From IMG/VR virus record IMGVR_UViG_3300027874_000580, positions 1-35,316 of that record: a stretch of DNA of 35,316 nucleotides, one strand, 5' to 3'. This DNA comes from a virus. Taxonomy: Duplodnaviria > Caudoviricetes. Each line of letters starts with the position of its first letter. The stretch's first letter is position 1. Shown here piece by piece: positions 8,331-16,692 of the stretch. Below the pieces are notes generated by a model. It saw only the letters and a program-made list of their open reading frames with translations. It did no database searches and was not told the origin of the DNA. The position numbers were made by a program, and so were the translations under genes.

Positions 8331-8432
8331 CGGGGTGACGTAGGTGCCAGCCCAGTTTTGGCAACCGGCCCAGGGCGAGACATCCGTCATCTGACCGATC
8401 TTTAAGAGCGATCATGGACGGGGTGACGTAGG
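8331..8432. repeat. 14-bp direct repeat CGGGGTGACGTAGG (8331-8344 and 8419-8432)
   Basis: Two identical copies read directly in the intergenic region. Confidence 0.75.
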
Positions 8433-8435
8433 AAA

Positions 8436-9122
8436 TTAGCCCGCGCCGTTGCTGTGGGCCCGCGCGGCGGGGATCGCCTTCTGCGCGGCGTACTGGGTGA
8501 CGCCGTGCCGTTCCACGACTTTCCGCCAGGACAGCGGCAGCCCGTGCCCGGCGTCCTCGATCAGCTTGGCCACCAGGCCCGGGTCGGGGGTGCCCGCTGG
8601 ACGCCGGGCCCGGGTGGCCTTCGCCGCACGAGATGCAGGACGCCGCCGTGAAGCCGCCCCAGGCCGGGGCTCCTCGGACGGCGCGGTGTCCTGCCCGCGG
8701 GTGTGCAGCTTGACCAGCCCGAGCCCGACGCCCAGGCATATCGCCGCGCACAACGGCGCGGCGGCAGCGGCGATCTTCCACGACAGCGGGGCGTACTGGT
8801 AGTGCAGCCAGTTGCCCGCCATCGACGCGGCCAGGCCGAACAGGGTCAGGCCCCACATCCGGCCCTTCATCCACCACCCCTCGTCGCGGCGGGTGGCGCT
8901 GTACAGCCTGCCCTCACCGACCACAACGAACACATCAATGATCAACGGGAACGCTACTGCGGCCCACAGCGGGCTGCCATGATGGGTGGCGAAATCCAGC
9001 AGGTTCCGGTACGAGAGCACCAGTGCGGCGATCGTCGCGGCGACACATACCCCGCCCACCACCAGGTCGGCCACCCGGACGTCCTGGGGTGTGCCGTCTC
9101 GCGCCCCTGTACTTACAGCCAC
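8436..9122 (-). CDS. DUF2637/SpdA-like membrane protein with C-terminal HTH-like segment
   Basis: LSYRNL..FA..HG....A..FPLIID...S...N..H pattern, four TM helices, C-terminal LSWRKVVERHGVTQYAAQK. The start is uncertain (GTG 9122). Confidence 0.75.
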   Translation of the reverse strand: MAVSTGARDGTPQDVRVADLVVGGVCVAATIAALVLSYRNLLDFATHHGSPLWAAVAFPLIIDVFVVVGEGRLYSATRRDEGWWMKGRMWGLTLFGLAASMAGNWLHYQYAPLSWKIAAAAAPLCAAICLGVGLGLVKLHTRGQDTAPSEEPRPGAASRRRPASRAAKATRARRPAGTPDPGLVAKLIEDAGHGLPLSWRKVVERHGVTQYAAQKAIPAARAHSNGAG

Positions 9123-9153
9123 GAGGACCACTGTACCGCCGGGAAGGGGTCTT

Positions 9154-9684
9154 GTGCCTACAAGCAACCGCAGCGCGGGGCGGATCGAGGATGAGCTGTG
9201 GCTGCCGTTCCTGGCGACCGCGCGGGACCGGGGCATCACCAACACCGACGCGATGCGCGAGGCCCTCGCGGACTGGGTGGCCAAACACCAGGCGGCCCCG
9301 CCCGGCGGGGAGCATCCGGGCGGGGCCGCACAGCCGAGGTTAGGGACAAGTGGCGACGATCCAGCCGGTGGGCCCGGTCTGGCTGTACTCCGTCTTGTAC
9401 TGGCACTGGCCGTTGATGAACATCCACGCCCGGCCCCAGCGCATCGCGCCGCCGTCCTTGGTGTGGGCCACCGAGTGGATGCCGTTGTCGTAGTAGACCT
9501 TGCCACCGTAGGTGGTGTTGCCGGACCAGTCCCTCACCTGGGACCACAGCGCGGCGCAGCCGTCGGTGGTCGAGGAGTCGGAGTCCGGGTTCCACCACAC
9601 GCCGAGGTAGCCACCCGGGCCGAGCCCGATGGCGTTCTTGACGGTGCCCTGGTCGCACGGGCCTGGGATGCGCTGGCCCGCTGA
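9154..9684 (+). CDS. Ribbon-helix-helix (CopG/Arc-like) DNA-binding protein; only the first ~47 codons look genuine
   Basis: Purine-rich GGGAAGGGG before the GTG. MPTSNRSAGRIEDELWLPFLATARDRGITNTDAMREALADWV fits the RHH pattern. The frame then runs antisense into the next gene. Confidence 0.55.
   Translation: MPTSNRSAGRIEDELWLPFLATARDRGITNTDAMREALADWVAKHQAAPPGGEHPGGAAQPRLGTSGDDPAGGPGLAVLRLVLALAVDEHPRPAPAHRAAVLGVGHRVDAVVVVDLATVGGVAGPVPHLGPQRGAAVGGRGVGVRVPPHAEVATRAEPDGVLDGALVARAWDALAR
9292..9329. terminator. 14-bp perfect stem-loop
   Basis: GCGGCCCCGCCCGG-N10-CCGGGCGGGGCCGC, just past the stop of 9340..9777. Confidence 0.65.
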
Positions 9685-9777
9685 GGCCGAGCTGGCCGGG
9701 AGCGCCAGGACGGCGGCTGCCGCAACGGCAAGAGCCGCGCCCGTGAGCGCGGCCCTGCTGATCCGTAGTTTGTGCAT
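9340..9777 (-). CDS. Secreted hypothetical protein
   Basis: SD AGAAAGGA. Signal peptide MHKLRISRAAL...ASSASA. Mature domain has four Cys. Confidence 0.8.
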   Translation of the reverse strand: MHKLRISRAALTGAALAVAAAAVLALPASSASAGQRIPGPCDQGTVKNAIGLGPGGYLGVWWNPDSDSSTTDGCAALWSQVRDWSGNTTYGGKVYYDNGIHSVAHTKDGGAMRWGRAWMFINGQCQYKTEYSQTGPTGWIVATCP

Positions 9778-9801
9778 GGGTGAGATCCTTTCTGTGGTGG
9801 C

Positions 9802-9840
9802 GGGCGGGCCTTCCTGCCCCCCTTGGAGGAAGGCCCGCCC
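9802..9840. terminator. 14-bp perfect stem-loop
   Basis: GGGCGGGCCTTCCT-N11-AGGAAGGCCCGCCC, downstream of the 13083-9873 operon. Confidence 0.65.
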
Positions 9841-9872
9841 CCTTGGCCCGGCGGTGGATCGCCGCCGGGGGC

Positions 9873-10262
9873 CTACTCGATGGGCTTGCCGTCGGCGTTG
9901 GTCATCCGCCCCGCCTCATCCCAGCAGATGACGGTGTCGTGGTGCATGTCCGCGCCGTCCGGGTGGCCCGCCGGGCGGTAGTGGCCGGCGTCGGCGTAGC
10001 AGTGGTAGGCCGCGCCCGGGTAGGGCCGGTGCTCGCACAGCATCGGCGGTGCGTGCTCGGCCTCGAAGTGGGTGGCGTAGGCCGCGCCCGCGGCCTTGGT
10101 CTCGGTGTCCTCGACGGTCGCCTCGTCGGCGGGGCCCAGGACGGTCACGGTGGCGGGGATGTCGCGGCCCCTGATCTTCCGCTTGCAGCGCGGGCAGGTC
10201 AGGTAGTAGCCGTTGACGTCCACCCCCGCCTCGGCGTACGGGAGCCCTAGTGGCGTGGTCAT
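9873..10262 (-). CDS. Hypothetical Cys/His-rich protein
   Basis: CPRC...H....H zinc-finger-like pattern, ATGA coupling. Confidence 0.7.
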   Translation of the reverse strand: MTTPLGLPYAEAGVDVNGYYLTCPRCKRKIRGRDIPATVTVLGPADEATVEDTETKAAGAAYATHFEAEHAPPMLCEHRPYPGAAYHCYADAGHYRPAGHPDGADMHHDTVICWDEAGRMTNADGKPIE

Positions 10263-10555
10263 GGCAGATCCTTGTAGTCGCAGCCCCAGACGCTCTGGGA
10301 CAGGTTGTCACGGACGGAGATCAGTTCCTGGGCCTGCCAGGACAGCGCGCTGATCACGCGGGACAGTTCCCCGATGCCCTCGATGGTGAGCGAGTCACCG
10401 GCACGGGCGAACTGCCGGATGCGGTGCTCGATGCGCCGCGCCGGGTCGCAGCCGGGGGCGTGGATGCCGCCGCTCGGATTGCCGCAGGCCGGGCAATCGA
10501 GGACGACCGCCTTGTTCCGGTCCACGGTGGCCAGGACTTCCTCCAGCCCGCTCAT
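10259..10555 (-). CDS. Hypothetical protein with CxxC..H..C
   Basis: ATG 10555 overlaps the upstream stop (MSGLEEVLAT...CPACG..HAPGC). Confidence 0.65.
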   Translation of the reverse strand: MSGLEEVLATVDRNKAVVLDCPACGNPSGGIHAPGCDPARRIEHRIRQFARAGDSLTIEGIGELSRVISALSWQAQELISVRDNLSQSVWGCDYKDLP

Positions 10556-11049
10556 TCCGCACCGCCCAGGCCGTAGAGCTGCTCGCCGTCCTCGGTGAAC
10601 GCGGGGACGTTGATCTCGGGCATGCCACCGTGGTGCTGGCCGCCGCCCTCGCCGCAGCCGCACTGCCGGCACCAGGGCTCGGGGGCGTACTGCTCCTCGG
10701 GCCCGCCGTCGAAGCCGTGCGCGGCGCTGCCGGCGTGCATCCAGGCACCGGAGCGCAGCATGGCGTCCTCGGTGTCGAGGCAGGGCGTCAGCCACTCGAC
10801 CGCCTGTCCGGCGGCGATGGCCACGCGGGCCTCCTCGCCGGTCAGGTAGCCCGTGTAGCGGGACCGGGCGGTGGGCTTGGTGTTCAGCACCCCGGCGGCG
10901 ATGGCGCGGAAGGTGGACCGGTAGCTGCGCGAGCTGGCCGGCGGCATGGTCAGCTCGTAGACCCGCGCGCCCTCGCGCAGGGCGGTGGGCACCTGCGCGC
11001 GGGTGATGCCGATACGGTCGGAGCCGTAGCCGATGGTGTACAGCTTCAT
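10552..11049 (-). CDS. Hypothetical protein
   Basis: High GC3 frame, tight spacing, WCRQCGC motif. Confidence 0.7.
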   Translation of the reverse strand: MKLYTIGYGSDRIGITRAQVPTALREGARVYELTMPPASSRSYRSTFRAIAAGVLNTKPTARSRYTGYLTGEEARVAIAAGQAVEWLTPCLDTEDAMLRSGAWMHAGSAAHGFDGGPEEQYAPEPWCRQCGCGEGGGQHHGGMPEINVPAFTEDGEQLYGLGGAE

Positions 11050-11051
11050 GA

Positions 11052-12137
11052 TCAGTTACCTGCAATTCTGGTGATCTGGTCCGCGATGTCGCGGACCCGC
11101 TCGTAGCCGGCGTCGGCGTCGGTGGTGGCCGCCACGGCGGCGGGCCCGGTCGCGGCCGGCGGCTCCTCGGCGTACGGGTCCTCCCACTGCCATTCCGGCC
11201 ACAGGTAGAACTCCATCTCCCACCAGCCGAAGGAGTAGCCGTCCGGGGCGACGTTGTCGTTCAGCCACCGCTCGACGCCGTCGGCGGCGTCGGACAGCAC
11301 TTCCTCCTCATCGAGGGTCAGGCTCTCGGCGGGACGCGGGCTCATCGAGGCCATCTTCCGGTCGGCCAGGTCGATGACCTCGGGCACCGGGTAGCCGTGG
11401 CTCTCGGCCTTCTGGATCAGGTGCGCGAGGCCGTACTGGCCCCAGTGCCCCTCGACCCAGCAGCCCTGGTCGGCCTCGGTGGCCTCGATGATCTGCGGGG
11501 GCTGGCGGTAGAAGTGTGGCTGCGGCCCGTCGTACACGCAGATCTCGGTGCCGGGCTCGCAGTAGCAGAACGCATCGCAGGCGGCGCAGGAGTGCAGCCG
11601 GCCCGGCTCGTGCCCGTTCTCGGCGTGGTCGGGGCGGAAGGCGACCGCCCAGCCGGCCGGCTCGCTCTCATCGGCGGTGTCGACCACCACGGTCACGTAG
11701 GTGCCGGGGGTGCGCCGGATGTGGGCTTCGAGCCCGCCGCCGACGAACTCCGACGGGTGCATGACCGGGCCGGTGTAGGAGTACTGGCCGGTCCAGCCGT
11801 CCAGCAGAACCCAGCCCTGCTGCCACGCCTCGCGGACGTAGTCGGCCTCGTGCTCGGCGGAGATCTGCCCGTCATCGTCACAGGCCATCGTCAGCTCGGG
11901 CGCGTGCACCCCGGCGGCGTCGGAGATCCCGCCGCCGCCGTGCACCCGCACCGGGTGGCCGAAGTCCATGATGTCGTTGAGGGCCTTGCCCTCATACGGC
12001 GCGGTGACGATGTGGTAGTCCATGTTCCGCTCCGCGATCCGGTCCCCGATGCCGCCGCTGGTGCGGTGCCCGCACGCGCAGGTGAGGAACCGCTGGCCTA
12101 GCTGGTCTTGCTGGCCCACGACGCTGTGGGTGATCAT
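11052..12137 (-). CDS. Mosaic multi-domain hypothetical protein with shared C-terminal tail (A)
   Basis: SD AAGGAGA and ATG 12137. Several Cys/His clusters. Ends DAGYERVRDIADQITRIAGN. Confidence 0.8.
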   Translation of the reverse strand: MITHSVVGQQDQLGQRFLTCACGHRTSGGIGDRIAERNMDYHIVTAPYEGKALNDIMDFGHPVRVHGGGGISDAAGVHAPELTMACDDDGQISAEHEADYVREAWQQGWVLLDGWTGQYSYTGPVMHPSEFVGGGLEAHIRRTPGTYVTVVVDTADESEPAGWAVAFRPDHAENGHEPGRLHSCAACDAFCYCEPGTEICVYDGPQPHFYRQPPQIIEATEADQGCWVEGHWGQYGLAHLIQKAESHGYPVPEVIDLADRKMASMSPRPAESLTLDEEEVLSDAADGVERWLNDNVAPDGYSFGWWEMEFYLWPEWQWEDPYAEEPPAATGPAAVAATTDADAGYERVRDIADQITRIAGN

Positions 12138-12850
12138 GACATCTCCTTGATCTTGTAGGGGTACATGGACCCCTCGCTGTGGCGGGTGCCCGTCCGGCGG
12201 TCCCCGGTGGTCTCGTAGGCGCTGAAGTACAGCACGCCGCCCTCGTGGTAGAAGTAGCCGCCGGTCACCAGCGCCGACAGGGCCTCGCTGGTGGTCACCG
12301 TGACGTAGCCACGGGACCACAGGAACACGCCCTCGGGGGTGAAGGTGGCGATGTGCTGGCCGATCAGGTGGACCCGGACCTCGGTGCTGCCAATGCCGGC
12401 GTGCTCGGTGAACTTGCCGAACCGGTAGCCGTGGGTGTTGGCCAGCACCCGGGACGGGTGCTTGGACCGGGCGATGGCCAGGGCCTGCGCGTAGTCCATC
12501 CGGGTCCAGTGCAGCGGCGTGTAGGGCTGGCCCGCCTTGTCCTGCTCGGCCAGCCGCTCGGCCACCGGGGTGGTCCCGGTGGCCTCGAAGTAGGCGGCGA
12601 GGGCCGCCTCGATGTCGTCGCCGTTGTAGACGGTGAACTCGCCGTTGGCCGTGGTGACCGAGAACCGGCCGCCGTCAAGCTCGCGCTGATCCGGGTCGGG
12701 GTGCTCCACCCACAGGCAGTAGTCGGTGTCGTTCGCCTGGCTGCCGAAGGCGGGGCAGGCGTCGTTGTGCCAGGAGACGTCGGGCAGGCCCGCCGAGATG
12801 ATCTCGGCGGGCACTGCGTATCCGGCTCCGTGCTCGGTCTCCCACTTCAT
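12134..12850 (-). CDS. Hypothetical protein
   Basis: TAATG coupling at 12850. DVSWHNDACPAF motif. Two-domain appearance. Confidence 0.75.
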   Translation of the reverse strand: MKWETEHGAGYAVPAEIISAGLPDVSWHNDACPAFGSQANDTDYCLWVEHPDPDQRELDGGRFSVTTANGEFTVYNGDDIEAALAAYFEATGTTPVAERLAEQDKAGQPYTPLHWTRMDYAQALAIARSKHPSRVLANTHGYRFGKFTEHAGIGSTEVRVHLIGQHIATFTPEGVFLWSRGYVTVTTSEALSALVTGGYFYHEGGVLYFSAYETTGDRRTGTRHSEGSMYPYKIKEMS

Positions 12851-13083
12851 TACCGGCGCTCCGTCCCGTCCGCGTTGATCACGACGGCCATGGTGTGCCG
12901 CTTGTAGCGGATGGTCACCCGGCTGACGCCGAAAGTCTGCGCGTCGGCCTTGTTGACGGCGCGGCCGGTGTGCGCGCCCATAGACAGGACGGTGAAGTCC
13001 TTGCCCTGGTTCCACGCCTCGATGGCCTTGGCCTTGGAGGGGTAGTCCCGCCCGTACGCGGGGCCGACGGTGATGTCTTCCAT
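12850..13083 (-). CDS. Small phage-type hypothetical protein
   Basis: SD AGGAGA. MEDITVGPAYGRDYPSKAKAIEAWNQGKDF. First gene after promoter repeat 1. Confidence 0.75.
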   Translation of the reverse strand: MEDITVGPAYGRDYPSKAKAIEAWNQGKDFTVLSMGAHTGRAVNKADAQTFGVSRVTIRYKRHTMAVVINADGTERR

Positions 13084-13109
13084 GTCATCTCCTGTATCAG
13101 AATCTTGCT

Positions 13110-13166
13110 GCCAGACTATGCGCTGGCCTACGCTTCTGTCAACAGTTGAGCAGGAGATTCTATTCC
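13110..13166 (-). promoter_or_regulatory. Repeated promoter cassette copy 1
   Basis: GGAATAGAATCTCCTGCTCAACTG-TTGACA-18 nt-TAGTCT. GCCAG/CTGGC stem with an 8-nt loop at the -10. Confidence 0.8.
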
Positions 13167-14710
13167 TTTCCGCGCCGGGCGTGCTCGATGGCGGTGGCCA
13201 GGCTGACAGAGCGCTTCGCACCGCTCGGCCTGGTGCCGCCCACTTCCCGGTCCACCCGTCCGCCGGCGGCGTCGGAGGCCTGCGGGGTGGGCAGCGTCCG
13301 CAGCCCGCGGTGCTTGGCCACCGACCGGGCGGTACTGCTCAGGCCGGCCACCGTCCGCACCACCATGTTCAGCTCGTTGCCGTGCGCGTCCTCCCCGACT
13401 CCGTGCATCGTCGGCAGCAGCGGGATGGCGGGCGAGCTGGCCGGCGGGCGGTCGGCGGGCTCCAGCGGCCCGTACAGGTAGGCCACCGCCATCGCGGCCT
13501 GGGCGGGCACCACGCCGTTGCCGATCGCGCGGAGCTGCGCAGAGCGGGACAGCCCCGGCACGCCGGTGACCCAGCCTGGCGGCAAGCCCATCATCCACTC
13601 AGGGAAGACGGCGGCCATGCGCGGCTGGCCGTTCCGGCCGGGCTCGATCGGGCACGGGGCGGCTATGCCGAAGACCCGCTCCCACCGGGCGACGGCGGGG
13701 CCGTACTCCGCCCAGTCGACCGCTGTCCCAGCTTCGCCGCCCGGGTAGGGGACTGGCCCAGATTCCGGCCAGCCAGCAGCCGCAGGATCTCTCCCGTCAG
13801 CATCGTGTCGCCCCGGGACCGGTGCTGGTTCGGGGAGCCGTGCCGGGCCTCGCCAGTGAGCGGGGTAGGGAGCAAGGCGAGCCCCGCCACCTGATCCTCG
13901 ATCGACGGGTGGTGGCCACCCGCCAGCCGTTTGGCCGCCGGCTGCGCTCCCCCGTTGGAACCCAGGTTCGCCCCCGGCGTGCGGAACAGCCGGGAGACCT
14001 CCGCGGGCAGTTGCTTGCCCTCCCTGCGGTCCCGGGTGTCCATTCCACCCGAGCCCCGCCCAGCCGTGGTCGGCGTCGGCAGGAACCGGGTGACCACCGC
14101 CACCAGGCCCAGGTGCGACGGCGAGGCCGGCTGGCCGGTGTCCGAGCGGATGTCCCCCCGCGGGTAGGCCCCCTTGAAGTCCCGGGCTGAGGGCGTGGGC
14201 ATCAACGGCGACGAGGAACCAGCGCTCGCGGCGGTGGCAGCATCCGGCCCAGTCAGCTCGGAAAAGCCCGTAACGCCCCACATACCCGAGCGCGGCCAGC
14301 GACCGCACGACGGCGTCCATGGCTGCCCCGCCTTCGATAGACAGCAGCCGAGGGACGTTCTCGAACACGAGCACTCTGGGCCGTGCTGCCATTCTGCTGA
14401 TCCCTGCCGGGATGTACGGCCAGATCCACCGCTCATCGGCGGTTCCCTTCTGCTTGCCCGCGTTCGACACCGGCTGGCAGGGGAACCCCCCGCACAGCAC
14501 ATGCACCGGCGGGACGTCTTCCCACTTGATCTTGGTGATGTCACCCAGGTTCGGCACGCTGGGGAACCGGTGACCGATGATGGTGGCGCAGTGCTCATCG
14601 TTGTCCGCGGCCCACGCTAGGCGCGGGGTGCCGCCGAGCGCGGCGACAACCCCCGCTTCGAGGCCGCCGTAGCCGGTGCAGACCGACCCGACCTCGTACT
14701 CCCCGGTCAT
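13160..14710 (-). CDS. DNA (cytosine-5) methyltransferase
   Basis: Motif I SVCTGYGG, IV GGFPCQ, VI FENV, VIII HRRERWF, IX/X EWMMGLP...RAIGNGVV. Confidence 0.9.
   Translation of the reverse strand: MTGEYEVGSVCTGYGGLEAGVVAALGGTPRLAWAADNDEHCATIIGHRFPSVPNLGDITKIKWEDVPPVHVLCGGFPCQPVSNAGKQKGTADERWIWPYIPAGISRMAARPRVLVFENVPRLLSIEGGAAMDAVVRSLAALGYVGRYGLFRADWAGCCHRRERWFLVAVDAHALSPGLQGGLPAGGHPLGHRPAGLAVAPGPGGGGHPVPADADHGWAGLGWNGHPGPQGGQATARGGLPAVPHAGGEPGFQRGSAAGGQTAGGWPPPVDRGSGGGARLAPYPAHWRGPARLPEPAPVPGRHDADGRDPAAAGWPESGPVPYPGGEAGTAVDWAEYGPAVARWERVFGIAAPCPIEPGRNGQPRMAAVFPEWMMGLPPGWVTGVPGLSRSAQLRAIGNGVVPAQAAMAVAYLYGPLEPADRPPASSPAIPLLPTMHGVGEDAHGNELNMVVRTVAGLSSTARSVAKHRGLRTLPTPQASDAAGGRVDREVGGTRPSGAKRSVSLATAIEHARRGKE
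13663..14202 (-). CDS. Alternative-frame ORF inside the methyltransferase with four LPTP-type repeats
   Basis: LMPTPSA, FLPTPTT, LFRTPGA and LLPTPLT repeats. Third-position GC bias favours this frame over ~14200-13780. Confidence 0.55.
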   Translation of the reverse strand: MPTPSARDFKGAYPRGDIRSDTGQPASPSHLGLVAVVTRFLPTPTTAGRGSGGMDTRDRREGKQLPAEVSRLFRTPGANLGSNGGAQPAAKRLAGGHHPSIEDQVAGLALLPTPLTGEARHGSPNQHRSRGDTMLTGEILRLLAGRNLGQSPTRAAKLGQRSTGRSTAPPSPGGSGSSA

Positions 14711-14755
14711 GCTCCTGATCCTTCCAGGCCCCGCGCGGTTGCACCAGGCCTGCGA

Positions 14756-15265
14756 TCAGTCTTCACTGGCGGGCTCCTCACCGATCTGGGCGGCGATGGC
14801 CTCGCGGACCATGCCCATCAGGTCGATGCGGTGCCTGACCTCGTAGGCGTACAGATCCCGGCCGGCCGCGTCGGCGGCCTCCTTCAGCCGGCTCCACTCC
14901 TCGATCGTGGCCTCGCCGCCGAGGACGGTGCGGCCGACATCATGCCGGGAGATCTGCTCGGTGCCGGTCTTGCCGTCGAGCTTGACGATCAGGTTGCCGT
15001 TGCCGCCGTGCCGCCCGACCACGGTGCCGGCCTTGTAGGTCCGCACCGCGCCGCCGGTCGCCAGGATGAACGGGATCGACAGCTTCGAGGTCGCCGCTTT
15101 GCCGATCTTGCGGAGCTGGGTTTCCAGCTCCTGCTTGCTGTCCGCGGTGACCCGCCGGCCGGTCTCCCCGGTGACGGCGAACCATTCGCCGGCATCGGTC
15201 ACGTAGGCGTTGACGGTCACACCGCCGACGTCGACAGTTCCCGCTGGGTACTCGTCTCCTGCCAT
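14756..15265 (-). CDS. Hypothetical protein
   Basis: SD AAGGAGATGA, high GC3. Confidence 0.75.
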   Translation of the reverse strand: MAGDEYPAGTVDVGGVTVNAYVTDAGEWFAVTGETGRRVTADSKQELETQLRKIGKAATSKLSIPFILATGGAVRTYKAGTVVGRHGGNGNLIVKLDGKTGTEQISRHDVGRTVLGGEATIEEWSRLKEAADAAGRDLYAYEVRHRIDLMGMVREAIAAQIGEEPASED

Positions 15266-15567
15266 TCAGAATCATCTCCTTGATCTGCGGCCATCCTAGC
15301 CGCCTTGCATACCGGGCAGCGCCAGGTGGCGCTGCTCTGCTTCATCGCCCGCTCGCGGTTGCGGTCACCGGGGCGGACGTCCACCACTTCCCAGGTGATG
15401 CCCTGCTCGATGGCCAGCCGGAACAGCACGGAGCCCGCCCCGGCCGCGTGGGCGGCGAGGCGGGCTTCGAGGCCGGCGGTCCAGCCGGTGTAGTGCTGCG
15501 GCCAGTGCCGGGGCGGGGCGGTGGTCTTGATCCTGGCGGAAAAGTGAACCGTGTAGATGTGCCCCAT
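15217..15567 (-). CDS. GIY-YIG family nuclease with C-terminal CxxC
   Basis: GHIYTVHF...HYTGWT..LEARL.AH..G.G...ER.MK...CPVC. Confidence 0.7.
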   Translation of the reverse strand: MGHIYTVHFSARIKTTAPPRHWPQHYTGWTAGLEARLAAHAAGAGSVLFRLAIEQGITWEVVDVRPGDRNRERAMKQSSATWRCPVCKAARMAADQGDDSEWQETSTQRELSTSAV

Positions 15568-15620
15568 CACCCCCGAGTCGACGGGGGCGGTGCGGGGCCG
15601 GCGGCCCGACGGCGGCAGCA

Positions 15621-15953
15621 CTACCGCGCCTTCCCGCCCTCGGCCACCGGGATGGCGGTCTCGGGTATCCAGCGGACCACCATGCCGCCACCGTCGTAGG
15701 GCGTGTCGTTGAGCAGGTCCGCGCGGGCCTGGGCGGCCCAGGCGTGGTAGTAGACACTCTCGGCGTCCTGGTAGGGGTACCGGCCGTCGGCCTGCCAGAC
15801 GAACACGCCATGGAGCCCGTGCTCGGTCACCAGGTCCCCGCCGCAGTAGGCGCAGCGCTTGCGCTTCGGCATGCCGCCGCCTTGCGTGTGCACCCCGGGC
15901 AGGTCCGGGTTGGACCGGTGGACGCAGTGGTGCTGGGTGGCCATCTTGCGCAT
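15621..15953 (-). CDS. Hypothetical protein
   Basis: TAATG coupling, CAYCG motif. Confidence 0.65.
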   Translation of the reverse strand: MRKMATQHHCVHRSNPDLPGVHTQGGGMPKRKRCAYCGGDLVTEHGLHGVFVWQADGRYPYQDAESVYYHAWAAQARADLLNDTPYDGGGMVVRWIPETAIPVAEGGKAR

Positions 15954-16204
15954 TACGCCCCCCTCCCGGCTCCATAGAACTCCGCCGCACTGACATCGGG
16001 GCTGGGGTCGCTCTCAGCGGGCTGGTAGCGCTGTTCGTAGCGCGCTTGCGCCCGCGCGTCGAGCGCCTCGGCGGCGAGGCCGCACAGGGCATCCACAAGC
16101 TGCAGGGCGCACGCCTCGGCGGCGTCCGGGCATTCCGGGTGGGCGTTGAACGCCGAGACCACTATGATCTCGGCAAGTCGGTTCATATCCAGCATCATCA
16201 TCAT
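15953..16204 (-). CDS. Hypothetical protein
   Basis: SD AGGGAG followed by four tandem ATG. Confidence 0.6.
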   Translation of the reverse strand: MMMMLDMNRLAEIIVVSAFNAHPECPDAAEACALQLVDALCGLAAEALDARAQARYEQRYQPAESDPSPDVSAAEFYGAGRGA

Positions 16205-16223
16205 CTCCCTGGTAATACCTTAA

Positions 16224-16261
16224 CGGGCGGGGCCGACAATTCACATCGGTTTACCCGCCCG
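16224..16261. terminator. Intergenic stem-loop
   Basis: CGGGCGGG-GCCGA..TCGGT-CCCGCCCG between co-directional genes. Confidence 0.45.
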
Positions 16262-16275
16262 CCATTCCCTTTCCT

Positions 16276-16692
16276 TTATGACCGGTCCTGCTCCTGCGGG
16301 CCGTGGCAGTGCTCGGGCTGCGGCACGGTCGAGGCCACCTTGTACACCCGCTGCAGGCCGGGGATCGGCTGCAGGTTGACGTCGATGGGGTAGACGTCCA
16401 CGCCGGTGATCCGGGCGGCCTCCCAGGCTTCCTCGTCGGGGTAGGTGATCAGCACCTGGACGTCGGCGGGCTCCAGCCCGAGCCGCTCCTCACAGTTGGC
16501 GCAGCCTTCGGCGGGGTACTCCGGGTGCTCGCAGCCTTCCATGTGGTGCCGGGCGTCCTCGCTGCCGTTGCAGAAGTACTTCCCGGGGCGCGGGGCGTTC
16601 TTCGCGGTGCGGTAGGTGTGCGCTTCCTCGCCCTCACCGAGGGCCAGCAGCAGGCCGCAGCCTGAGCAGGCGGCGGGGGGTGTGCTGTTCAT
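16276..16692 (-). CDS. Hypothetical Cys/His-rich protein
   Basis: CSGCG, C..CEH..CANC motifs, TAATG coupling. Confidence 0.65.
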   Translation of the reverse strand: MNSTPPAACSGCGLLLALGEGEEAHTYRTAKNAPRPGKYFCNGSEDARHHMEGCEHPEYPAEGCANCEERLGLEPADVQVLITYPDEEAWEAARITGVDVYPIDVNLQPIPGLQRVYKVASTVPQPEHCHGPQEQDRS

